DNA of 64,000 nucleotides from contig NEEC01000021.1 in NCBI GenBank assembly GCA_002189035.1, positions 1,426,001 through 1,490,000 of the forward strand, given 5' to 3'. Both the position numbers and the translations under genes were made by a program. Under the pieces are notes generated by a model, which made no database searches, had not been told where the DNA came from, and worked only from the letters and a program-made list of their open reading frames with translations. The stretch is from Utricularia gibba. Its lineage: Eukaryota; Plantae; Magnoliophyta. Positions 11,530 to 24,644 of this stretch are shown here, one piece after another (the stretch's first letter is position 1; the number at the start of each line of letters is the position of its first letter).

Positions 11530-13257
11530 ATTCAGATCCAACGCCACCTCACCAACAGAGGAACTCACTTTCGACTTCTCCGAACCACCCCCAGATACAC
11601 CAGTCAACTGAAAAAAGATCAATAGCGACAGAAAAGCCACTTCCTCAATTTCAATTCCACGATCAGCAAAGCATATTCTTTTCTTACAATAAAGAAAATC
11701 AGAAACCCAAAACCCAAACTTTCCTCACGTCCTAACAAAAAAAAAAAAAAAACCACTGCAGAAAGCCATCTAACACAGGAACTCCTACAAAATCGAATAG
11801 AAAAGTGCGAAACCCTCCCCCTAAAGCTCAGCAAAAACACAGAATTTCCAACCGCAACTAAATAACAAGACTTACATCAAATTCCCGATACGAAATCCGA
11901 CGACCTCCTCCATTCTTATCCCTAAACCAGGAACCACAAGCAAAACCCTGGAGTCGAAAAGCACAGCAATCGAAGCTTGTTGTGCCTGCTGTTTCTTTTT
12001 TCCGCACTGGTCGAGTGAAAGTGTCCTGGTCGCAGAGGAGACGAGAGGAGCGGTTTCGAAACTGAACCGAGAGATAAATGATGGCGTAATGCACACAACA
12101 TTTAAATGCAAATGCAAGATTACATGTAAATGTAAAGGCAACTTAAATGCGTTTGAAATGCACGGGAAATGAGTGGATTTTTGTCACAGAAGGCGGGTCC
12201 CACAGATGGTAATGTCTGTGTGTGTACTTTCAGCCTTCTTTCTTACACCCATTCTTGTCAATGGGGACAACCACTTTTTTCGGTGCTCTTCGTGTCACAA
12301 TTTTCAATATTTTAATATTTTCTTTTCTTCTTTTTAAAAAGATTACTTAATTAGTCAACTCAACTATTCTTCCTTGCAGACTAATTAACTCCATTTTTTA
12401 TTTTAATTAAATATTCCTTTTTACTACATTTAATTCCATAGAAAAGAAGGGAACAAGTTATTATTTAGTTTTCATAAAGATTATGTGTTGAACTAATCCG
12501 TGTTACGAATTACGTAAAATATAATTAATTTCAGATTTTACGAATAGAATTAATTTTTATATACTATTTGGTTGACAAGAGTAAAGAATTTTAATTCACT
12601 TAAGTTTAAATAAAAAGATTATTTTTTTATATAGTAATTAATTAAATATTAAAAAAATAATTCAAGAATTATATACGATAGAATGTATAATATTTATTTT
12701 AAATTTTATTAATCTTGTTAATTAAATAATATTTTATATTATAAAAACATTTTAGGGAATGTGACCTAGGAATAAGTCATGTTTTTTATCTTCATTTTTT
12801 TCATTGTTCCTATGATATTCATAACATATGATTATACAAATTACGATATATCAATACGAACTATCAACACTTGTAATCATACGAAAACTTCATAATTTAC
12901 ATCTGCGTCGTATCGACGTAGAGGATGGGAATTTCAATTTTGTATGTATTGACTATAAGATGACAATTACGTACTACCTCATTTAAATAAAAGTAACTAA
13001 AATTGAATATAAAACGTTTTTCAAACATATATATTATTATATAATATAATAATTAATTGAGGAAAGTAAACTTTTTTTTTCGAAGAGGTTACCGAATCGC
13101 ACCTTCTCCTCCTCACGCTCATGTAAACATGTGTGGGTGTAGGAATGGATTTTGATCGCGTGTGTATTTATGCTGATTTTGATCCATTCAAATCCTGATT
13201 GTAGAGAGGTTGATCTCATGTACTTGCTGTCGGATCTCAATTTTATGCAGCAACACC

Positions 13258-15493
13258 ATGATTGCGTTAGGGCATGAAGGTATCATCTCTTTCAGATGCG
13301 TTTACCCTCTTCTGTGTTTAGTCGTATGCGATTTTGATTAGATTGCTGGGATGCTTCTGGATCTAAGGGGAAGAGTATGTATTGCGCGAAAAGTTACCAT
13401 TTTTAAATCTTCATAAATCCTTGATTGTGCCTGCATATATTTTGGTATTGTGTTGGGCAGTTTTGGGACTGGTACTAACACGGCACTCGTTGTGGTATTT
13501 AAATTAACGATTTTGGAAGGCATGGCTGCTTTATCTGAATTGCTCGGAAGGGGGATGTGTTTGTTTCCCTCAAGATTAACACTAGAAAACGAGCCATTGT
13601 TGTTGCTGATGACTTGAGGATAAAAGTTGTGAAATTTGATATTCTGTGTCGATATCTGCTACCTCTGTTAGTGATATTGGATTAGGTACTTGCTGCCTGT
13701 GCATTATTTCCAGGAGTAATTGTTATCAAGCCTAGGGTTTAAACATGCTTTATGTTTTGTTTGCCCACATATGCAGATGCTGCAAAGAGGGATAATAGTT
13801 ATCATGAGTCATCTGCTAAATGCTTTTCGAGTCCAAGTAAGGGGTATGCGTCCTCCCCACCACCTAATGATTCTGGCGGGGTAGCCATTTTGGAGATCCA
13901 AGATGGAGCTGGAGATCAGTCTCAAGTAGTTGGTAATAAGAATGATCCAGGGTTGTCAAGGAATGGGCATATGGAGAATTCTGAAGAATGTAGGCAACAA
14001 CCCATCTATAAGCATAACTATGCCTCATGGCCTGTGAATCCCGACTCAAATGCTGTTCCAGTGTACCAAATAAATATCTTTCAGGGCCAATTTCATCCCA
14101 TCGCAGTCAACTACAGGTACCAGTATGCCCCAGTAAACAGTTTTCATCACAATCTACAGGCTTCTCAGTTACAGGATTTCCAGTATTTTGTCGTGATTGA
14201 TTTCGAGGCCACCTGTGACAAAGGGAAAATTCCTCATCCCCAAGAGATAATTGAGTTCCCATCTGTATTAGTGAGCAGCATTACTGGTCAACTGGAAGCT
14301 TGTTTTCAAACATATGTTCGACCAACATGCAACCAAGTTCTCACCGACTTCTGCAAGGATCTAACAGGCATACAACAAATTCAGGTATACCTAGGCTAGC
14401 ATTCATAGCATGACCAATCGGATTTACCTCCTATGCTGGCGCTAGTATTCATTGCATGAGCCTGATTTACACTTGCGCTTAATTGTTATCTCCCTGAAGG
14501 ATGTCCAAGGAATGCCTTCTCAACTTCTCATTATCCTTTTAAAATAGTTTTACTTAAGTAGATTTGCAACCCATCCACGGCCCTTAACTGTTCATGTTGT
14601 GCACAAACATTTTCTTTGTCGATTGCTTGTGAAAACAGATGATTGGCACCTAAAGCTCTCGCGCTAAAAACATGGACTGCTGTTATTTTTGCCACATTTG
14701 TCTACCTAAATGTGACTATTTCTCTAGGTGGACAGGGGAGTTACATTAGGTGAGGCTCTTCTTAGGCACGACAAGTGGCTTGAAAAAAAGGGAATAAAGC
14801 ATACAAACTTTGCTGTTGTCACTTGGTCTGACTGGGATTGCCGTGTGATGTTGGAATCTGAATGTCGTTACAAAAAGATAAGAAAGCCACCTTACTTCAA
14901 TCGGTAGCTCACGCTCTCTTTCCTTATGCCTTTGTTGGTCTCGTTTAAGCTTTCGTGTGACAAAATATGTGTTAAACCTCTCATTTTCAGAATCGAATTT
15001 GATAGTTTGATTTGCTTCGGCTAGATGGATCAACTTGAGGGTCCCCTTCCATGAGGTCTTCGGTGGAGCCAAATGCAACTTGAAAGAGGCAGTCGAGACA
15101 GCCGGCCTTTCTTGGCAAGGGCGTGCACACTGTGGTCTGGATGATGCCAAAAACACTGCCCGCCTACTGGCCTTGATCATGCGCAGAGGCTTCAAGTTCT
15201 CTATCACCAACTCCCTCCATTGTCTGGCCGGCGAAGGTTCTCCCTCATGGAGGCCACCCGAGGACATCAAACCTCATCCTACTTCACACCAGACACCTCA
15301 CAACCTGTGGGAGATGCAACCTCTGCACCCGCAAGCTCATCGCTATTGCTACTGCGGGGTGACTAGCCGCAAGGGAGTCATCCAAAAGCCAGGCCCCAAA
15401 CAAGGTAGCCCCTTTTTCGGCTGCGGAAACTGGAATGCCGCCAGGGGTGCAAGATGCCAATACTTCGAGTGGGCATCTCCATTGCCGCACTGA
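13258..15493 (+). CDS. ERI1/ERI2-like DEDDh 3'-5' exoribonuclease with C-terminal GRF zinc finger
   Basis: YFVVIDFEATCD, EIIEFPSV, VVTWSDWDCRVMLESEC, GRAHCGLDDAKN; GRF finger YCYCGVTS..GPKQGSPFFGCG..CQYFEW. Exons 13258-13279 (less certain), 13777-14384, 14728-14903, 15025-15493. Confidence 0.9.
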
Positions 15494-16348
15494 GATTCTG
15501 AAGCACCGCTTCACCATCCTGGTTCTTGGCAGCAGATGTAAGTGAAGTACTGCTACGAAGCTGGTATTTGGTTTGTTTGTGTATGTGTACATAGTATGGT
15601 TGCTATCTACTGCTTATTGCCATGCTGTGTGGAAGAAGAGCTTCCTACCTCCACTCTGAACTCAGTCTCTTCTCTTATTTAATAATGAATCCTTTCCTTA
15701 GATGAATTAGAAATTTGATCGTATATCAGATATTGTGTAAAAAAAATGATCATTTATAGTGTAAATTATTTCATTTAATATGTGATAAATAGTGTAATTT
15801 TTTCTAAATGACCCCCTTCTTTTCTTTGAGACCATCTTTATTCGTTTTTAAAAATGTTGACATGGTATTTTAGAAAATTAAATTATTAGATTTTTTTTAT
15901 TAAATTTCTGTTACGTTTGTATTCATTATCAGAAATTGTAATATTAAAATAAGTATTTTAAATTATATTTTAAATGATTTTTGAAAAGAAATTTTGTTTC
16001 TCATTTTCATTTTAGAAAAAAATGAAAAACAATATTATTCATTTCCGAAATATTTAACTCATTTTCGGAAATGACACATCAACATTTCCGTAAACGATTA
16101 AAAATGATATGATAGACATGTTACATACAATATTGTATTTTTGTTTTCAATATATTATTATTTAAAAATTAAAACTGTCTATAATAAAACGATAATATAT
16201 ATTGTTAAAAAAGGGAAATGATTTGGTGTCAGAGGGTTTTTATTGTTTGTGACAGCCAACGGCTGATAATAAATACTTAGTAATGATTATTATTCCGTAT
16301 CAACAACAGCCGACGATTAATATCGTCGTGTGCAGTTTGTTCCTCTCC

Positions 16349-16812
16349 ATGGCGAAGAAGAAAGGTATCCGGCGCCGCACCGCCGTCGATTCAGCGGCGG
16401 AGTTGTTCAAAATCTTCATCCCTGAGTTTGCTTCCCATCGCCTCGTACGTTTTTCTTGTTTTCGTATTTGTGTATTTGTTTTTTGTGATGAATGATCTGA
16501 GTGGAATGGCAGCTGATACCCCCATCCTATGCCAAGAGGTTCAAGAGGACATTCAGCGAGAAAGTGATCCTGAAGGATGCGTACGGCAAGGTATGGCAAG
16601 TGAGCGTTGAGCGAACCCCAAAGGGCATTTTCCTGTGCGACGGATGGCCCAAGTTCATCGACGATCACAGCATCAAGATCGGGGAGTTTCTGGTGTTCGC
16701 CTACGCCGGATCCTTCACCTTCTCCGTCAAGATATTCGGCGTCGACGGATGCAAGAGGATGGATTTCGATCACGCCGGGGAAGCTGCTGGCAAGGTGATC
16801 AAATGTGACTGA
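16349..16812 (+). CDS. B3-domain (REM-type) DNA-binding protein; first B3 domain intact, downstream part unresolved or decayed
   Basis: Exon 16349-16444 (ELFKIFIPEFASHRL) splices to 16513 (LIPPSYAKRF..VILKDAYGKVWQVSVE..LCDGWPKFIDDHSIKIGEFLVFAY.G.FTFSVKIFGVDGCK), a typical B3 fold. I could not join an in-frame continuation beyond ~16795. Confidence 0.75.
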
Positions 16813-18290
16813 GTAGCTGCTCTGTGGCGGTTACCTTTTGGAATCCTGAATCCCCCCTCTGTAGATTAGTGCAACTTTTGATCCTCCTGGTAGTGTGCTT
16901 GGGAGTTGAACTAAGTGATTGTGGTGCAGAGCTTCTAGGGGTTTTTCCGGTGTGGTGGTAGCCGGAGATGAACGAATGGCAGTTGAGCTCACTGTAGAAA
17001 GCATATTTGGGGGAAAACGAGGGACAGGGGAGAGCTTTAGAACAGCAATATGCAGGGGCAGTGAATGAACGGGAAAGAAGAAAATCCACAGAAAACAGAG
17101 GACTATCAAGAAGCCAGTACACAACACCTACGAGAATCAACTTTCTCCACAGATTGGTTCAAGGAAACAAGGTTCTAGAAGCACCTGATAGCCATGCATC
17201 GTCCATGCAATGGCGAAGTGCGCAGTGCCAGCCACTCCATGTTCCTATCTACCCAGAGCACGGCCCTTAAACTGTACAGAAGGAAGTTACCATAAGCAAG
17301 GCATTCGGTAGAAAAAATAAAGGAAAACTGACAAAGAGCAGCCATGGTAACGGGAGAAGCAATCCATGAAAGATAGAGCACGGATAACAGTCAAAATAAT
17401 GTGAATTTTGCAGGTGGAGGGAAGGTTGTGGCAATCAAAAGTGGGCGTGGAGCCCCACTGAACATCCGAAACTTCATCTGATAAGGAACAATAAGTGGGA
17501 AAGTGAAGGGACAACGTAGTAGTGTACAGAGAACTAGAATTATTGCACTTCCCAAGTGGTCCAAAAGGAAACATTATCTTGGTCTACAAGTCGGCAGACG
17601 CACTCAGGGAGGAGGGCAAGCAAACTAATGTGGAGAGCCTAATCTATCCACCCTTGCCATGTCTACTCCTTTCAGGAAAAGGAACTTTGAAGCAGCGAGG
17701 CCTCAAACAGGGTACCATCAGATAGATGGCGGATATCCGAGGTACCCCTATTGCCATATTGTAAGATCATAAGAGCAAAATCAGAGTAGCCATGATGAAA
17801 AGTCCCACTACCCATGTAGGTTATTTCATCAATTTGATGACCCCCTCAAGATGCCTCCATTGACTTCTTGCTTTGCTATTAATTTTAGCACTAAAACCAT
17901 AATGTCAATGATCCCTTTTCCACTGTGCTGTCAATAACTACACGGTAGATCCAAAACATAAGGTGTGCGACAGTCTTTGTATGTATTAAAAAGCCAGAAG
18001 TTTGGAGTGAACCCAAATTCTACGACAAAAGTCCCCAGATTCATCACAAAATATCAGTAACTTCACCTCCACATTCATTGGAAAATAAATTTGACAACCT
18101 TAAGATGAGAAACACTGGAGCCCTAGTGGCATCAGGATAAACCAGAAAACAGAACTGTATCATCGACGAACGAATGAAAGCATCGATCCAAAAGCCACAG
18201 AAAACTCCAATAATTGAAAAACATGTAGGTTAAATTAGAAACTTGAACTGAAAGAGGGTTGAAGGGAAAAGGGGCGCACCTGAATCAGCC

Positions 18291-18992
18291 CTAACCGTCA
18301 AGATCCTGCCCACTGCTTGCCCCACCGCCGCTTGCATACGAGCCATCCTCCGCCGGGTTCTGCCATACGGATTGCCACGCTTGTGATGGCGCCGGTTGCC
18401 CAGCCTGAACGTACATACTCGGATCCATCCCAGGTACAGCAGGTCGACCCATCATGGGTTGACCCATTGGGGGGTAATAGTAGGGAACACCTGTAACCCC
18501 GGCCGCAACGCTGGGAGGAGCAACAATGGCGCCCAAAGCCGCCGCATCGTCCTTGATCGCATCCCGAGGTACGATATCCACAAGAAAATCGAATATATCC
18601 GTGCGTGTGATCGCGGCAGCAATATCGTCTTTCTGGAGCGTCCGCCGCTTGTTCTCCTCGGCGTGGAGCCAGGACCGAATCGTCAGCTCAAGAATGAATA
18701 ATTCGCACGCTTTCGCGAAAAGAATAGGGGCCTCCGCCGATATCATCCGCACATCCTCATCGGCTTTCATTATCTTCTTGATCCTAGCCAATGGGAGTTG
18801 GTGATTCTTGAAATCGTTCACCTGCTCGATCTCCTGACGCTGGTATGCCCAGAACATCTGGAGCTGTTCCTGCTGCTGATGCAAGAGATGTTGGTACGGC
18901 GGCTGCGGGTACGCCGCTCCCTGCGGTGGGTACGACGCAGCGGCAGCGGCAGCGGCTGCGGCGGCGGCGCTTTGCTGCTGATTGTTTTCCAT
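18291..18992 (-). CDS. NFYC1: Nuclear transcription factor Y subunit C (NF-YC1-like), intronless CDS
   Basis: Histone fold [82 protein letters not shown]; 233-aa ORF. Confidence 0.96.
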   Translation of the reverse strand: MENNQQQSAAAAAAAAAAASYPPQGAAYPQPPYQHLLHQQQEQLQMFWAYQRQEIEQVNDFKNHQLPLARIKKIMKADEDVRMISAEAPILFAKACELFILELTIRSWLHAEENKRRTLQKDDIAAAITRTDIFDFLVDIVPRDAIKDDAAALGAIVAPPSVAAGVTGVPYYYPPMGQPMMGRPAVPGMDPSMYVQAGQPAPSQAWQSVWQNPAEDGSYASGGGASSGQDLDG

Positions 18993-19189
18993 TGGCGGAG
19001 CGGCGGACAGAATCCGAAGAAAGCGAAGTCGTCTTGGGAAGTTGGGCGCAATTGTGCGTGCTTATTGGAAATGAATGTGGACGGCTCGAAGCAAACAACA
19101 TGGCAATAGCAAACCAACGTACACCTTTTCCTCCGTCGAGTACAAGTAGGTACAGCATTAACGACGGGAGTGGCACGAGCATTTCTGGT

Positions 19190-19640
19190 TAGATCTGCGC
19201 GGGCGTAATCCAGTGTGACGCACCCCAGGCTGCCACCCGTAGTCTCAAAAGGGCCCTTACTCGTGGGCCACTTGTATACAAATTCAACATGCGGCCCGAT
19301 ATTTCTGTTTATTTGCAAAAAGGTCGCCAATTTTCAAAATTTACAAGAGTGGACATCGCGCTATGTGGGCCCACTTCCAAACTCTGGGCCTTGGGCCCAC
19401 AAATGGCGTGGGACCAGTAAAATGCACGAGGCAGTTTGGGGATGGAATTTGGGCGAAAATTTTCAAAATTATGAAGTGCGGTTGAAAATTTGCCCTAGTT
19501 TCCCTCCATGTCTCAATTTTGCTCATTTCTGAATCCAAATTCATAGTAATTCGCCGCCTGTGGACTCACTTGGCGCCCCCAAAGAGTTCTCTTTTCTAGC
19601 CGTGTTGTGAATTTTCGAGGAGTTGTGTGTTTTCTGGGAA
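19190..19640. promoter_or_regulatory. Compact divergent promoter between NF-YC1 (-) and DEK (+) with clustered site II (TGGGCC) elements
   Basis: Start codons are ~650 bp apart head-to-head; TGGGCC at 19264, 19366, 19385 and 19392. Confidence 0.6.
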
Positions 19641-19646
19641 ATTGCT

Positions 19647-22600
19647 ATGGAGGAAACCGATAAGAAGCCAGATGAGGAGAACGTATCTCGAGACGAGGAA
19701 AAGGGGAGGGTTTGGAAATGGAGGGGGTAGAAGTACATGATAATCAGGAGGACGACGAAGGGGAGCAGGAAGCTGATACGGAACAGCTAGATAAGGAGAA
19801 AGCAGAGAAAAATAATGCCGGTGAACATGAGGATGTGAAGGAGCGAAAAGATGACGAAGCAGTTGGAGAAGGATGTGAGGAGGAGGAAGAAGCTGAGGGT
19901 GGGAACGTGCAGCATGGCGACGATGAGGAGAAGCATACTGAGGATGAAAAGACTCCAGTGATAAGTGGAAAGAAGAGATCAAGGAAGCGGCGACAAGGCC
20001 AGACAGAACAGTTGCAGTCACCTGGGCGTGGAAGTGATAGACCATCTAGGGAGAGGAAGACGGTGGAAAGATATATAGTGCCTGAGACTGCACGCATTCC
20101 TTATGGCAAGCCTGTGTCGATTGAAAAGGTTCAATTTCAAATATTGCCATCGTTTTATCCGTGATTATCCTTCCTCTTTTTCAATTAAGAGCTAGTAATT
20201 TGCTCCCGGCTAGTCTTGCCTTTGGAAATGTCAAAAACAATATATATGAGTTTTTTCCGCCTACTTTTGATTTTCATAAAAAGGACAGCTGGTATATTCG
20301 TTCTCAGAGAAAACATGAAATTTTCTGCTGCCATTTGGATGGCCTCATTTTGATTAGCCATCCATGTATGCTCCCTTTATTCCTGCATGTGCTAAAGATG
20401 TCAAGCTTTATGCTTGTTCTCAATATGTGTCTCCTCTGATATTATATGCTCTTTTCAACAGGGTCGAGGCACTCGGCTTAAAGACATTCCAAATGGTAAA
20501 GTCCTTCTGTGTTTAAAATGATACATGTGCATATTTTGTTTGATTTCTATGACAAGAAGTAGCGTATATGGAATCATTTTGTTGTTGATTCTGACAGTCA
20601 TTTTCCAGAGTGTTTATTGACAAAAGGTGCTGTGTTTTTGGGTTTTTGTTTTTATTGTTGTAGTCGCATTCAAATTGTCCAAGAGAAAGGCTGATGAGAA
20701 CCTCCAGCTTCTTCATACGATACTGTTTGGAAAGAAAGCTAAGGTTTCTGCTATTTATTAAAACATTTATGGAGTTAGTTTCTTTATGGATACTATGGGC
20801 TCTCATATTCTTTTTCTGTTTAGGTACATTCAATGAAGAAAAACCTGGGTTTATTCTCTGGTTTTGTGTGGACAGAAAGTGAGGTAAGTGATTATCTCTT
20901 TCTCCTCACACCTTTATGGATTTTCCCTAGGCAGTTTCATATGTATAGCTATTACGATCATGTCTTAGGATACGTGTAAATGGATTTTTGAAAATGTCTA
21001 GCTGGAATGCGTTGCCTGTATTAATTGTTGAATACCATCGGACCCATGTCATAGTGTTTCCCAAAATCCGTCTATCCAGTTGGTTCCAGAGGAAATTTCT
21101 CTTCATAATTCCCAGCTGTTGATACAGAAGGAGAAGCAGAGATCAAAAATCAAGGAGAAGTTGGATAAATGCACCAAGGAAAAGTTGTTAGATTTTTGTG
21201 ATGTCCTAAATATACCATGTAACAAAGCTACGATAAGGAAGGTAGTTTATCTCTTCAATGTATTTCTTGGTGAAAGTGTTTGGTGCAACCTTTTCAACTT
21301 TGTTTTTATTTCTCAGGAAGAACTTTCTGCTAAGTTATTGCAGTTCTTGGAATCACCGCATGCTACAACAGAGACTTTGCTAGCTGAAAAGGAAAAGGTA
21401 TTTTAGCACTCACTTTCATTGTTGCATCATATAAAAGTGATATTCTTTTGTATTTTTTGATTACGTGAAGGGTAAAAAACAGAAGGTCAAGGGCGTAGCT
21501 AGCAAAAGTTCCGATGGCATCTCTGTCAGAGTAAGTGTTTCAATGCTGTTTTTCAGTTGAAGCATATATGATTCATCGATTGATCAGGATTTCTGTGTTG
21601 GTATTATGCTCATAATTTTCATGTGATGTTATTCCGGAAACGGATGTTTCTATTTTGGATAGAGATTAGACGTGCACTCATGATAAAACTATTGTCCTGG
21701 CGATGACTTCTTTGGCCACTCTTACAATTCGCCCTCTTCCATTAATGCTTTGGCTTTATATCATGGTTATATTTTTATGGCTTCTATCCAAACCTGCAGA
21801 AACGAAAGTTGGGCGCTGAATCTTCTAAGCATTCATCTGAGGATGATGATAAAAGCGAGTCCTTGCAAAGTGAGGATGAACAAAATGATGAGGAAGTACA
21901 TGCAACCGAAAGCGATGTGGAGGGAAGTGAGGAAAATAGAGATAAGGAAGAGAATGATAAGGAGGAGAAGAAAAAGGATCTTGACGCAAAGACACCCAAG
22001 GATAGTAAAAAGAAGACAAATGCTGCTGTGAAGTCCAAGCCTACTCCTAAAGAAAGCAGTTCTAAAGCATCCAAGTTTTCTGTTAAAGCTGTTGAAAAGT
22101 CAGCTGGTTCATCATCAAAGAAAGCCACTGCCGGAGCTGAATCAAAGGGCAAATCGCAGGTGCCTCAGGCAAAGAAACAGAAAGTCAAGGAGGAAACAAA
22201 TTCAGGTTCAAAGACTGTTTCCAAGAAGAAAGACAACTCTGCAGCAAAAAAGGACAAAGGTAGTACACTTGCATATACTGCTGTAGCCATGCTTAAAACT
22301 CGATGATACTGTTCTTGTGACAATAATCATGCTTCCGGATTCCACAGGGGATACTCAGAAAAGCAAAAAGGCCAAAAAAGAGCCTACAAGGAGTGAGCTG
22401 AGTGCCGAAGTAGTGAATATACTTAAGAAAGTCGACTTCAACACTGTAAGTTTTTAGCATATATTTTCTGTTCTCACCACGGCATCGCCTGCCTAAAATA
22501 ACCATAAGTTACAAAATGCAGGCTACACTCTCGGACATCCTACGACAGCTAGGTATGCATTCAATGTCCAAAGTATCAAATACAATCAAATGCTAATCTC

Positions 22601-22786
22601 TTCGAGTTTTTGCTCTACCCAGGAGACCACTTCAGCCTAGATCTCATGGACAGGAAAAAAGAAATCAAAGAAATAATTACAGAAGTAATACAAAACATGT
22701 CTGATGATGAGGAGGAAGATGAAGAGGATGAAGAAGATGACAAGGCCGAGGAGACAAGCGACCGGCCATCCAAAGATGGTGAATGA
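19647..22786 (+). CDS. DEK: DEK domain-containing chromatin-associated protein; ~11 exons, apparent frameshift at ~19703-19706
   Basis: Acidic N-terminus, RPSRERKTVERY, GRGTRLKDIPNVAFKLSKRKADENLQLLHTILFGKK, KEKLDKCTKEKLLDFCDVLNIP; DEK-C domain ILKKVDFNTATLSDILRQLGDHFSLDLMDRKKEIKEII. GT-AG junctions traced throughout. Confidence 0.92.
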
Positions 22787-23091
22787 TGAATCCAACAGCA
22801 GGGGGGTTGCTGCATCTTAAACCCACCATTTCATCCCTAGATTTAGTGTGATTTCACCACTCTTGTAGCTGTCTAGTTAGCTGTTTGGTTCTCTTGATGA
22901 AGGAGGTATATCTGTACCCTGCTTACTTACCTTTCACATGTCATGTAATAAGAAGTACCGGTACTCTCTCTACAGATACTTTCAAGCTGCGGGAGGTTCA
23001 GTTTGTAGTGTATGAGGGATTATTTTGCATTTTATTCATATTCTAGGACTTTTTCTTTTCTAAATAATTCATTTTTTATGCAAATAGATGT

Positions 23092-23330
23092 TAGTTTCAT
23101 TATAAAAAAACGTACTTTTAAGTATATTTTACTTTTCAAAAAATAAAAATAATTTTATTATAAAACAATATTCATTGTAATAATAATTTTCTTTAAAATA
23201 TTTTTAAAATTATACTATACAAATTATTTTTGAAAAAGTAATAAATAATTTACTTTTACTTCTTATTTTTAATTTTCTAAAATAGTTTTCAAAAAGTAAA
23301 AATAATTTTCAAAAATTTTCCAAAACACTA
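23092..23330. mobile_element. MITE-like element, degenerate second copy of the element at 38036-38267
   Basis: Ends in AAAAATTTTCCAAAACACTA like the 38 kb copy and has a collinear AT-rich interior (tttttaaaattata..aaatt.tttttga.aaa.taa); the left TIR is degraded. Confidence 0.5.
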
Positions 23331-24644
23331 ATTTAACGTTCTAGAATTGATTTTTGAGAATCAAATCATATTTGGATTACAATGAAATAGGGGAGGGGCA
23401 AGGTTACATTCAAGGAGGGTTGTGATCACTTTCACTCAACTGCGCCATTGATGAGGAAGCTTTTCCACCTCCTTTGTAGCAATTCAATGGAGGATGTGTC
23501 ATGTGTGCCATGGGGTTCACATCATCGCTGCTCCCCATCCCATTCACTTGACGCAATTCCTCTTAAAAATTTCATAAGGATCCAAACCTCATTCCGATCG
23601 AACGCCCGCCACGTCGTGGAGACACACCCGTTGTACTCACCCAATAGATGAGGCCACACACAACGTGAGTCTCATCCTCCTGCCGACCATTTTCATGGAC
23701 CGATAGAATCATTTAGAAAAGTGATTATTATATGAAATGATCAATTTCGACATTAATTTTTAATCTTCATATGTGTGGAAGGAATCAAGGATGATGAATT
23801 TTGTTACTAGTCATGATAATGACGAGCAATGTGCATGGGTTTCTTATCTTTTTCTTCTTGTTGATGTTGGATTTTTTGTTATTGAAGTAGAAGTTTAATT
23901 GCTAGGGATTGTTTAATTGCATAATATTGTTTATTTTGAGTACTTAACTTTCACGATTTTATATTTTATTTATCTTTGATCTATTTTTCCAAAAGTTAAT
24001 ATCGAATGTGCACTATAATCAATTACATACTTGTATTTGGGTATGATATCAAATGTAATAACACACATCTATTTTGCACAATATTATTTGTTTTAAACAT
24101 CGAACCTTCATGATTTTACGTTTTTATTATCTATATCTTGTCCTCTTACAATACTACTCATTACATTACTTTAGGTCAAACACGTTCAATTTTGAATTTC
24201 TATCAAAGGGCTTCTACTGTGTTGGGGAAAAGGTCTCATGAAATATTTGTATGATCAATTCTACTTAATTTCATTTTTTACTTTATCCATAATCAATATG
24301 AGATTCGTTTAACATATTTATGTTATCCAATCACAAGGACTAATCAGTAGTTTAGTAGTAGTTGAGACAAATAAAGGAATCATGTGCACGTATATTTTTA
24401 TTTAATTATCATAAATTGGGTTTCTGAAATTGAGTCTCATGCAAATATCCATCGGAAAAATTTAGGTTACTACTTTTATATATATATATAGTTTTTTTTT
24501 TTTTTTTGCGCTCATTAAACTCCGATCGCCGGTTTTTTTGTCTTCTCCGCGTAGGGTGGAGCCCTGCAACCAGAACGCTATTAAAGCAATCAACTGTAAG
24601 AAGCCGCTACCAAGTTTTTAGTTACTCGCGGTCCATCGTAATCA

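Noticed and set aside
23400-23700. Minus-strand peptide LGEYNGCVSTTW..EVWILMK..SEW resembling an F-box-associated domain fragment
   Set aside because: Only ~50 codons between stops and the similarity is by eye; cannot be distinguished from chance or TE debris without a search.
23700-24500. Possible LTR or MITE debris upstream of CER26-like
   Set aside because: No termini, TSD or second copy could be identified.
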